This document shows, piece after piece, positions 27,543 to 40,600 of a stretch of 64,000 nt of DNA. Made by a program: the position numbers and the translations under genes. The DNA is from Chrysomallon squamiferum (lineage: Eukaryota; Animalia; Mollusca), in assembly GCA_012295275.1 (NCBI GenBank), contig CM022674.1, forward strand, positions 7,750,001 to 7,814,000. Reading direction: 5' to 3'. Every line of letters starts with the position of its first letter. Within the stretch, counting starts at the first letter, position 1. Under the pieces are notes generated by a model. It saw only the letters and a program-made list of their open reading frames with translations. It was not told the DNA's origin and made no database searches.

Positions 27543-30500
27543 ATGTCGGTAGGAGCACGTGTAGTTCGAGGTCCAGACTGGGCTGGTAAAGAGAAAGATG
27601 GTGGCGAAGGTGGTCTTGGAACAGTTGTGAAAGAGGATGTCACTAATGGCAAGGTGAAGGTCATATGGGACATAGGTTGCGAAGGTAGCTATCGTGCTGG
27701 ATATGATGGACGATACGAACTCAGAATATATGATAACGCACCGACAGGTAAAATATTTAGAAAATGAAAATATCTATCACATCTTCTTCACCAAATGTAA
27801 TATTATTTTTATTGTTGTTGTTGTTGCTGGTGCTGCTTCTGCTGTTGTTGTTGCTGCTAAAAACGAATAAAACGTTTATAAATAGTTGATTTTTCAAGAT
27901 TTTAATCATTAACAAAAATGATATATTTACCGTCATTATTTTATTTTTTTAGGATGTGTTTCCACATTTTCCTAAATTAGTTTTGATTTATGTCAGAGTT
28001 TATGTAGACTTGTGCACTTTTAGTAGCTACAAGCATGTAATATTTCACTTGATTTATTATCCATCTTTCCATACTTCATCCGTGTACCTGCCATTCTCTG
28101 TAGAGTTATCCCTCTTCCACCGTACTGTTAATAGAACTTTAATTATTCGACAAGTCTTTGCAGATTGTTAAAACATGTTTTCTCTCAACAATGAAAAACA
28201 TGCGGGTATACAACATCAGTTATGTCCCTTTGTCGTCTGACAGTTATGTCCCTTTGTCGTCTGACAGTAGTGTCCAAATTCAGAACAAGAATCTAATTAT
28301 CTCCACAAAAAACTTGAATCAAGAATAGTAAAGAAAACAAAAGATAAATGTAATTTTATTTTCTTCAGAGGGAAACAATCTTGGTGTAATTTTGTTTTCT
28401 TTATAACAAATTATTAATTTGTATTTAAAAATAACCATAATGATAATCTAAGACTAATCATATTTTGTAGCCTATACTTAGTGTAACTAGTTTTTGTATG
28501 TTTTACACTGTGATAGATATATAACATTTTACGATCTTTAGAACATAATGATTATCATCATCATCAACTCACAAGAACAATATTATGTAATTTTTAGGCT
28601 GTGTTCATGATGCTGTTTTATGTGATGTTTGCGAAATGAATCCTATAGAAGGTATGCGATGGAAGTGTTCTACTTGTCATGACCTTGACCTTTGCACTCA
28701 GTGTTACATGAGTGGGAAACATGATCTTAGTCATCCTTTCCTTCTGCAACAAACACAGACATCTCCACTGTAAGTCACCAAAACTGATAGAACGTGAAAA
28801 CCAAAAAAATTTAAAATATATTTTTAACAATTTTTCACATTAATTTTATTTTGAATTTAATACCACTGTATTTTCTCATATGATTTAAAAAAAGTATGTA
28901 TTGTTGCTTAATAGTATTATTTACTTGTAATCTTTTCACTAATATATATATTAAGTTTCAATTTGTATGATATGTACAGGAGTGTACAGATAGACATGTC
29001 TCAGTCAGAACATGTTCATTTCTGATTTTCAGAGTGCCTGTAAATTCACGAAAAATGCTAAAACCAGAAACTCTACATGGAATTTTGCTAGGTGCTACTG
29101 TTAAGAGAGGGTTACATTGGAAGTGGAGTGATCAGGATGGTAAGAGTTTTCTCAGAAAAGAGCTCACAGTGAGTTAAATAGTGCACTTCTTACTCTGTTA
29201 CATACATTTATGATAAAATTAGAGTTTTAAAAAGAAATCACAATTAAAAGAATTTACACCAAGAAGTTCAGTAATCATAAGACTGATTTTTTAAATCTTT
29301 GAGTTATTATTTATCAGTATACTGTTTTTGATTGGTGTTTTATTTCAGGAACTACATATGTTCCTCTATATTTAATAATGTGATACCTACTGAAGTAATC
29401 TTACAGAAATATTACAAATAAGAGTGGTCAACATTTCAATGAAATTGTAGAAAGAAAATATTTATTAAAGTGGTAAAGTCTGTGTGCTGCAAACCCACCT
29501 AAGACATTAAAGTCCTCGTAAATATTGAGCTCACTCAGTAATATAATCATGGATCAAAATGGACAAGTAATATTTCTGTCACCTGGTATGATAGGAGTTC
29601 AAACATGATGTGACATAAACTGTATGGTGGCATAGCAACAAAAATAACAGTTGAAGTGTGATTAACTTTCCCCTATAATAATTGTGACAATAAACATCAC
29701 ACTATTTTGTAATCATAAAGGTAACTAATTACACTGATTTCTTTTAAGTTCCTTTAACAAATATCTTTTTCTGCTTAGAAAATAATGAAATCTGAAATTT
29801 GAAAGAATCTGTCTTGCATCTTTTTGAAGAGAATTTTATTTAATTTTGTTCTTCAAATTTAGGTGGCAGTAAAGGAACTGGAGATGTCATACGTTTAGTA
29901 AAGTGGGGAAGAAATAGTTATCGAGGTGGTGTTGATGTTAAATGGCAGAACGGTTCAGTGAATACCTACAGATGTGGAGGAGAAGGTTGCATGGATCTCA
30001 TTCTGATTGATGGGAAAAAAGACATGCATTACTTTCCACAGCATCTTCCTGTGTTAGGTGTGCATCTTCAATTATAAACTATACTAACAACTATAATATC
30101 AAAGTGATAAATTAACAAACTAATTAAAAACTATACTAACAACTATAATATCAAAGTGATAAATTAACAAACTAATTAAAAACTATTTTTTTTGATCTGC
30201 ACAAATCATCCTGAGTTTTAATAATATTAGTTAATTCTAAAAGAAGCAGTAATAGATGTAGCACAGATGATTTTAATACTTTTTGAGTTTTATTTTAATA
30301 CCATTTTTACTTTGATTAAATAAAAATAGCAATAATGATGATGCAGGTGATTAGATTATGATGAAGATAAGATATTAACTAAAGTATTTTGTGGGTTTAG
30401 ATGTGAGAAGTCAGTCAGAATGTCAGCTGAAACCTGGAGACAAGGTACGAGTGGATATAGATCCCAAAATAATGAAGAAAATTATGTCAGAAACTGAGGG

Positions 30501-33500
30501 AATGTGGAATGAAAATATATCTGATGTTTGTATTTATTTACTTTATTTAATTATAACATAAAACTAATTTATTCATTAGAATTAATACATAATAAAAAAG
30601 ATATCTATCTATCTATCTATATATATATAAAAATTATGCAAGTATGTTTCTTCTGCACTCAACTGTGTTTTGTCATTCAAATAAACAATTTTCATATTTT
30701 AAATTTGTCTGTCTGTTTCTGACTGAAGGATAAAAACATTTTTATTTATTGTTTTGTTTTATTGATTCTATTTAGTGTTGGGTTGTTTGTTTTTTAAATT
30801 GTATTTATTATTATTTTTCATTTTTTTTAAAGTATTTGCCACTGCTTGGGAACAGTCACTGAAATAGTAAACTCAAGAACAGTTAAAGTTCAGTATGAGG
30901 ATGCACAGTCATGGTATTTCTATATATCAATGTTAACTAAGGTATTTACTTAATTTTAAATTAAAATGTACATACCTTTGTTTCATGTTGTTTTCTTTAT
31001 ATATAATTAAAAAAATATTGATACAGTCTTTATTTTTTATTTAATTTTGAAAGGTAAAGAAATATTTTTTTTTCATTTTAATTTATAAAGAGTTCTATTT
31101 ATATTCTTTTTCTTTATTTTTAATTTAAAAGTATCTATTTCTAACATCTTTTTTTTTACATTTTTTATTTATTTTCTGTAAAGAAATTCCATTTTGTGTT
31201 GTTCTCTTTATTTATTTTTATAAGTATTTATACAGATTCATTTATTTTCTCTGTTGGTTTTAAAAGTTAAAAAATCTCTACAAATCTGAATCTTCTATAT
31301 GTATTTTTTTAATATAATCTATCTAACATCTATTCTTTTCTTTTTTCTTTTTGAAATAAGAAAAAGTTATGTGTTTCACATCTTCTGTTTTCACTTCTTT
31401 CAGATTCACTCATTTTCTGTTGGTGAGACTGTTCAAATTCTGGAAAACATCAATGACGTTCAGAAGCTGCAGGAAGGACATGGTGGCTGGAATGATGAAA
31501 TGGAAAAAGTATAAATTTATTTTAATCTTGATTTCATTTCAAATTGTTTCAAAAACTGTTTAGCAGCACTGAGTCACAATCACAACATGAAATTTGTTTA
31601 GTCAATTTAATTATTATGATTAGTACAATTATTCATTTATTTTTTCAGTTTATTTCTTTCTAAGATGTAAAGTTTATATTTTTCACAATGAAAAATAAAA
31701 TTATTTTATGTTTTGCTTATTAAAAGTCAAACATCATAACACAATCACAACATGACATCATGTATAACCTAACTAGGTTGTATGAGTTACTTTCTGTTAC
31801 TTAAAATAATTATTAATGTGGATTTGATGCCAGGCTCTTGGTGAATGTGGAATCATTGAAGCTGTTGATGATGATGGTGACCTGAAAGTCAAAGTAGGAG
31901 AAGAGCAGTGGGTGTTTAGTCCTGTGTGTTGTCAGTATGTAGAGTCAGCTGACGAGAATGAATCAAAATCAGCAAAACGCCAGGTATCACAGACACCAAT
32001 GGAGATACTCTCTGGTGGTAAGTAAAAGTGTCAGTTGTATTATTAGTAACAGATTCTTCATGTTAAAACAGAACTGTTCAAGAGACATGAATTAGAATTA
32101 CAGTCAGTATCATCTGATGTAAAACTGTTTTGTTGAAAATAACATGGGATGTCATATATAGGCAGTTAACTAAAAACAACATGTAATAAAGTTTATCAGT
32201 CTGAATAGATATCATTAACAAATAGCCTGGGATCATGAACAAAAAAGACCTGCTTGCTATAATTATGATGAATTGGTACCTCCTGAGATGTAGTCCTCTT
32301 AGTCTGTTTTCATTTACAAAGAACTAGACAAATTCCTATCTCAGTATATTGATCATTACTTAAATTAATGTTCATTTCTGATGTCATTAAAACTGACAAA
32401 CAACAGACAGAATGAAAAATAAAACAGTAAAATAAAATAAAAACAAAGAAAAATTGCTGCAAATAAATAAATATGCCATATCCAAATTTCATTCATTTTT
32501 GAAAATGAGCTGGAGTGATAATTTAAAAAAAACATGAAATTTTTTCTTTATCACTGATATGTATTTTTTTAACACTTTCAGACATTGGGGATAACATTAG
32601 TGAAATGATTTTTAAAGCTGATACTGCAGGGAGATAAGAAAAGTTTACCTGAACGTCTTATGGAAGCAGCAGCACAGGAAGACATCAAAACTGTAAAAGA
32701 AATTCTTTCCAGTAATCCTAGTTTGGTAAGATCTTTTCCATAACTCTAGTTTCAACAGATATTTTTTCCCCAACCTCTAATTTGGTATCTTTTCTATAGT
32801 CACAATTTTTCAACATCATTTACAAAATCCTTGTTTGCTAACATCTTTCCCATAATACCAGTTTGGTAAGATATTTTCCCATAATTCTAGTTCTGTAATA
32901 GTCCAAAGTCCTAGTTTGTTAATATCATTTCCTATAATCCTATTTTGATCAGATTAAGTAACATCCTTGTCATAGTTCTAATGTCATAGCAATTGTTTCC
33001 ATAATACTGTTTAAAAATATGCATTCTTATACCACATACAATTTTTTTTCATATGAAATTTGTCGAACATTGCTTGGTAAGAAATTACAAGATTTCCTTT
33101 TTTAAGTATTCATGTGTTTACATGATTCATCAGTAAAAGATATTTCATTCCCTCCTAGATTTGTACATGATAAATTCAAAGTTATCTCAAATTAGTGTTA
33201 AATCAAATATTTGTGACATGTATACTGAAGAGATTTTCATCAAAGTGTGTTGACTCTATAATTATGTACAGTTTTAAACACAAAAGTTAAATCAGTTCAA
33301 GGTAACTGTCATTAATCATCAAACTAAGATTACTGAGGTAGTTTTCTTTTTCTATATTTTATCTTTATTTTTTTCAGACTACATATTTGGGGCATTTTGT
33401 AATGCACAAAATTTTAAATATATATAATAAGAGAAATGATGGTCAGAAATAAAACATTTTTATTCCATAATGAAAGGTTTTATTAAGAAAAGGTGTATAC

Positions 33501-34648
33501 ATATATGCAGGTGAATGAGATTGTGGATGGAAACAGTCCATTACAACTGGCTTGCTACACAGGTAGCAGTGAAGTTGTGAAAATTCTCTTATCATATAAA
33601 GCTGATCCAAATCTGGTTGATGAAGAAGGAGACACTGCTCTTCATTTTGCTGTTTCTCAGTAAGTTAAACTTTACATAACATCACTTCAGAGGAAGTTAA
33701 ATCTGTATACAACATATCATTTCATTTAGCTGCTTTAGAGTAAGATTAAAACAACTCTTTCTTAAGCTGTTTATCAGTAAGTTAAATCTATATTTTTATA
33801 TAACACATCACTTCACCATGTGGTTTCATAGTAAGTTAAATATGTACCTTTAAATTATCACATCATTATTCTCTTTAATGCTGTAATTATACATTAAGTT
33901 ATATATCTGTCTTTATATTAGATCATTTCATAATGCTGTTTTACTAATTTATATCTGTATTTTTATATAACATTACTTCATAATGCTGTTTTACTAAATT
34001 ATATCTGTATCTTTATATTACATCATTTCATAACGCTCTTTTACTAAGTTATATCTGTATCTTTACATAACATCATTTCATAATGCTGTTTCATTAAGTT
34101 ATAGCTATATCTTTATATAACATCATTCCATAATGCTGTTTTACTAAATTATATCTGTATCTTTATATAACATCATTTCATCATTCTGCCTCACAGTAAG
34201 TTAAATGTATATTTTTATCTAGCATGTCACTTCACCATGTGGTTTCACAGCAAGTTAAATGTATATTTTTATCTAGCATGTCACTTCACCATGTGGTTTC
34301 ACAGCAAGTTAAATGTGTATCTTTAAATTATCACATCACTATTCTCTTTTATGTAACACAGATAAACATTGTGTTGTTTCATGATAATTATGTTTTTCAG
34401 AGGCAAAGATGAAATTGTGAAAATCCTAACTGATAAAGGTGCTGACATGAACAAAAATGAATAAAAAAGGACTGACACCATGTCACCAAGCAGTGACTGC
34501 AAACAATACAGAAATTGTGAAAATTCTCACTGACAAGGGTTGTGATGTTAACACACAGGTTATATATGTATTCATTTTCATTTTTTAAGATGTCACATAT
34601 TTTCTTTTTATTTATTCAAAGGTGTATATGCATGTGTATGTGTGTGTC

Positions 34649-34680
<32 letters not shown>

Positions 34681-37600
34681 TGAGAGAGAGAGAGAGAGAG
34701 AGAGAGATTAATTTTTAATACAATGACACAGTATATTTTTCCTCAGTATCTTGTACCTGTATTTTCAACTGAAGTTCACAAAACACATTTAAATATATAT
34801 TTATTTAATTTTGAACCTTGATTCTAATTATATTATAGAAAAAACAACACAGAAACCCACCTAAATTGCAAAAATGCCCTTTTCTAATTATTATTCCTGT
34901 TTGCAAATTTTGCATTGATACATTTATTCTTGTAGCTTTATAATAAAGTTTTAACTTTGTATTGCATCTGTTAATTGTCAGTTTATTGTGATTTATAAAA
35001 TTATTTCTTAATAATATAATTTTACATAATTATTTTTGAAAACATGATCTCTAATATTATGTAAACATTGAGTTTGTTCTGACAAAAGGACAATGATGGA
35101 GACACTCCACTCCATGATGCTATGGATAACTACCCAATTTGTGAGATGTTGATGAAGGTGAAGAAAATTAGATGTGACATTTTCAACAGTGAGGGGATGT
35201 CTGCTTTTCATGTGGCTGTAATGAATAATAAAGAAAAGTATGTACAGCTTTCAGCTGTCAAGTCAGTCAGTTGCCTTTATCAGAATTTTTTAAAGATTTT
35301 ATTATTATTATTATTATTATTATTTTAAACTTTGTAGTCACATATCATTAAGATGATCTCTATAAAGTATCATCATGAAACAAATTTTAAACAACTTAGC
35401 TAATTAGAATATTAATTGTACCTGAAACAAACCATTTATAGTCTTGGCTGTACTTGAAGAACATTCTGATATGTGAACACTCTTTGCTTTTGTTTTTTAT
35501 TATGTCATTGTCTTTCATGTAATCCTAGGTTTATAATTTGTATGATGTAACCACAACCTGAAAATAAATAAAAGTAAAGTTGTACAATGATTTCTTAGAA
35601 ACAAAATTGAAAACGAGAACATTCTTAAAATGACCAGTAACTGCACCACCTCCTTGAATGAGGCACCTTGTTTGTTGTGAGATGTGACATGTGAAGTGGA
35701 TGATGGGATCCTGGTGGTTGAGTCATGATTGATGTCTGCAACTAAGATACATTGCCACTGACAATTATTCACTTTGGTCCAGAGTTCATGCAGCTAACAG
35801 CTATTGATTTGTTTAATTTTACTAGGAACAAAGATGGTACTACTTATCTGTATCTGTCATTCCCTGAGGCTAGAAAAATGTTGAATAATCTTCATAATTA
35901 GTAGCACTTGTCATATGCTGCTGTTATTAGACTAACTTAACATGGTCAAATGAGGATAAATTTAAAAAGATTTCTGACATTCAGAAAATAAAGAAATGGA
36001 ATGTTAAAGTAAAGACAGTTTATTCTAAATCAGTACAGATCTCTAAAGATTCTAAGAATCTTTCAAGAGGCTCATCAGGCTCCCTGGATTGGACCCACTT
36101 TTGATGAATTAGTTGTTAAATATAATCCCATTTTTTCAGAAAACTTCCCCCAAAGACACTAATATTGTTAGTCACAAATTCAAGGAAATCAAAAACAGAG
36201 TCTCCAAGAAAGTTTTCTTTCTTGTTAATGAAAATATTTCCCAGAGTAAAGTTGCATAAAATACTAAATTTATTGGCTGTAGTCATAAAACTATGTGTTC
36301 AGTTTCAGTTTTAACCTTAAGGACCTTCAAGATCTCGTAGACCAACTCCTGTCCCCTTTTATTCTGATGGGAGATTTCAGTCATCATCACATTTTGTAGG
36401 AATATGAAGAAGGTGAATAACAGAGGTAAATAATTGGAAGATTTAATTCTCTAAAAAGATTTGATTCTTTTCAATGATAACAGCCATACATATTTTCACT
36501 CTATAAATGGTACAGTCACTTCCATAGCTCTGGCCCTTTGTAATTTGTCTCTTTTTCTTGATTTCTCCAGGAAAATTGGTCCAAATCCTTCTGGTGGTGT
36601 CCACGTTTTTATTTATTTATCAGAATGATGGACAATTTCTTTCCTTGAAGAGTTCAAAGATGGATGCTGATGAAGGATTTAGGATCAATTCTGGCATCTA
36701 TGCAGCATCATCTGCACCAATCTTATTACAGAATTTGATGATCACATATGCTTGTTTACTTCCATCTTGAAGGACATTTCAGAAGAAACTATTCCTAAAA
36801 CTAATGTTTCAATAAACCATGGTTTACTAATATTTGAAGAGATGCACTCAAAGAGCACTACAGAGCCCTAGAAAGGTTCATAGGTCTTATCACACTGGTA
36901 GAGCTAAGGCATGGGGAGATGTCTGGCTCATTAAGAAGACATCTTGGAGTAATTATGAATTCCAACATTATTTCCCAAACATCAGTAAAATGTGTAGAAT
37001 AGGATTTGAAAAATTGCTGGAAAGTAACACTATCTACCATTTGTTGTGTCACTGCAAATGTATTGGCAAATAACTTTTCTCATAAATTTTCTTATTTTTA
37101 AGAAAGTAATAAAGCTGAAAAGCATACTGTTAATTTTTTGTCTCAAACTTTTGAAGTACACGACAGTCCCTTCTCAGTAGAAGAGTTGCAGGTTGCTCTA
37201 TGATGCTTCAACAGGCACAAACAAAATACACTACTAATTACTTAAACATTTACCAAGCTCTTCTAAACATTTTAATGAAATCTGGATTTTCTGGACTTTC
37301 CTTCTGACTGGAGGATGGTTATAGTAATTCCTGCTCCAAAGGCTGTTAAGAATCCATCAAGTCCTGCTAATTATTACCCTGTTTCCTTGACAAACTGCAT
37401 CTGTAAAACAATGAAATGAATTATCAGTTGCAGATTTGTCTGGTTTCTTTATTACTAAAATGCAGCATGGGTTCATGTCCAGATGTAACTCAATTGATCA
37501 ACTTGTTGGATTTGAAATATTTTGCAGGGAAATATTCATCCACAATAAACATCTAGTTTCAGTGTGTTTTGATTTGGAGAAAGCTTATGATGTAGTGTTG

Positions 37601-40600
37601 AAGAATGGTATTATGAAGGACTTCCACAGCTTCATTCTAAGTGGTCACCCTCCTATTTTTATAGATAACTTTTTTTAAAAGATTTTTAAAAATCTTGGAT
37701 GACATCTACATTTTCAGTTTGCAGCACAAGAGATGGGTGTAATTCAGGATAGTCAAAAACTATATTTTCAGTGAAAATTAACAGCATCACTCAGTGTTTA
37801 AAACCTGGTATTGATTGTTCTTTCTGGTTTGCTACAGATCATCCAAATTAATGGCGTCCAGGGTCAGCTGCAGCTTTGCATGAATAAACTTCAGCAATGG
37901 GCAACAGATAATGGTTTTAGTTTTCAAAGACAAAGAGAGTCTGTATGCATATCTGCCATAAAAAAGATCTACATTTAAACCCACAACTATGTCCAAATCC
38001 TGTTGCGGAAAAGTTTGAGGTTTATATTTGGAAGGAGGTTATCCTTGGTACTCCATCAAAAATATGTTCAAAATACCTTAAAGACCCTGAGTATTTGAAA
38101 AATTACAGGCAGTAATGAATGCTCCTACTTTGTAGATCTTTTGTAAGGTCTAAATTGGATTATGGATTCAATGAATAATGCCATAACTGTTACTCACAAA
38201 TGTATATATACAGCCAAAATCTTAGACTTTGTTTTGGAGTGTTCAGACTTTGTATTGGAGAGAGCTTGTACCTGTAGATAGTTCTAAAGCCCGGGAACTG
38301 ATATAAAAAAAAAAGGCATCCTCATCCAAATGTTTGCAGACTGACTATTTCTGCTATATAGTATGAAGATAAAATCATTACCAAAACATCCTACTTGAAA
38401 TGCAGTTTCTGATAACAAATATATATTTGATGTGAGGCCAAGTGCCATTCCTATTTTTTGATTTTGTATCATGCAGTATTTAATCTGCTGCAAGAACTGA
38501 TTTCTCTGACATTTTGGAAACATATTACATATATTTTTTTTAACCATCTTGTTTCAAGCCATCAAAGACTGTGCTACATTTGGTGCATTCGAAATGGAAA
38601 AAAAAAAATTGTTCAGATGCATCTCTATATCAGCAACTTTTAGTAGACATTCCAGGAAGATACTGTGACTGCATTTCTATCAGTTCAGATGAATCACCTG
38701 GATGGGAATTCTGTGATGTGCAGTGTTTTTTGCATCAGACATTGACATTTCCATGAGATTGCTGGATTCAGTATGTTTATTACTGTTGAAGTTTGGGCAG
38801 ACTTTAAAGCCCTGGAACTAATAAAAAAAGGCTTCATCCCAATATCTTATTTAATTGACACATTTTTTTGTGTCTCCAAGTTTACAACACATGAAGCTGG
38901 AACATCCCTTAATTGGGATAGTGATACAAAGATGTGTATTTTTTAATTTTTCCAATAAAGACATGAGTTTTTGTTGAGTACCAAGCCATGTTAACATAAA
39001 GGGTAATTATTTTAAACACCACATGAGACAGTATATTTTTATACAGTTTTACCATTTAATTGTATATATAAATAATTTTTATACCTCTGTCTGACACAAT
39101 AGCTAAATTGTTTTATGACCTGGGATGTCATTAAACATTCACTCATTCACTGATTTGTAGACTCAAATGACTACTTATTGTCAATACATTCAAACAGTAC
39201 TAGACTATATTGTTAGCAATCTAGTAAATAACACTTTTTTGATCTCATTCTTATACATTAATGCTGTTTGATTTCTGAAAGTGTGGTAAGTGAAAAAAAA
39301 ACAAAAAAAAAACATGGTTTTTCCTTATATTGTTGATAATTATTTGAAAATTGATACAAAATATTTTTTCTTTTAATTTCAGGTTAGTGGAACTGATATT
39401 TAAAAACCAGCCATCAGTTGTCAACCTAAAGACAAAGAAAGGAGGATACACTGCACTGCACATTGCAGTTATCAATGGATACAGGTCTCTTGTCAGCTGT
39501 CTTCTTAGTAAGGTATTCATTTTCATTAAGAGATAAATGATGAATTGCTATTATTTTATTTATATCTAGTAGGAGCACAATGAATGATTGGTCTTCTATT
39601 ATACTATTTTTATATCCAGTAGGAACATCAAGATGGATTTATTTTCATTACTTTATTTATATCTCTAGCAAGAACATCAAGATGGATTTATTTTCATTAC
39701 ATTATTTATATCTAGTAAGAACATCAAGATGGATTTATTTTCATTACATTATTTATATCTAGTAAGAACATCAAAATGGATTTATTTTCATTACTTTATT
39801 TATATCTCTAGCAAGAACATCAAGATGGATTTATTTTCATTACATTATTTATATCTAGCAAGAACATCAAGATGGATTTATTTTCATTACATTATTTATA
39901 TCTAGTAAGAACATCAAGATGGATTTATTTTCATTACATTATTCATGCATATCTGCAGTAGGAACATCAAGATGGATTTATTTTTCATTAATTATTCATA
40001 TCTCCATTAGGAAACATATAACATTTTTATTTTCTCAGAAAGTTAAATCTTTATCTTATTCTAGACCTATCACTGCCTATATTTAACTTTTGATGCTGCT
40101 TCTCATAAGGATTTAACATTGTGTTTTAGGGAAAAGCTGATGTAAATGTTAAGGATAACAGTCACCAGACACCTCTTCATCTGGCTATGATCAGGAAATC
40201 TTTGCCTATTGTTGACGTTCTTCTTTTCACAAGTGAGATTATGTTAAAGTTATTTTTTCTGCTTACCTATTGCTTATTTCTTAGGATATTTTTCAGTGTG
40301 TGTGTTTGTTTAGTTCATGTGTCTGTGTGTCACTATGTCAGTGGATGGGTCTGTGTGTCACTATGTCAGTGGATGGGTCTGTTTGCATCTGTATGTGTAT
40401 ATGTAAGTGTCCACATCTGTGTCATAGTCTGTGTTAGTATGTGTCTGGGGTAGGGGGTGTGAAAATGTACTATAATTTTGCTCTTATTTTTTGATAGATG
40501 CAGATGTAAATACTCAGGATATCAATGGAAATACACCATCACATTTGGTTCTTAAAAAACCTTCCTTAAAATTGCTAGTAAGTTATTTAGGAAAGAAAAA

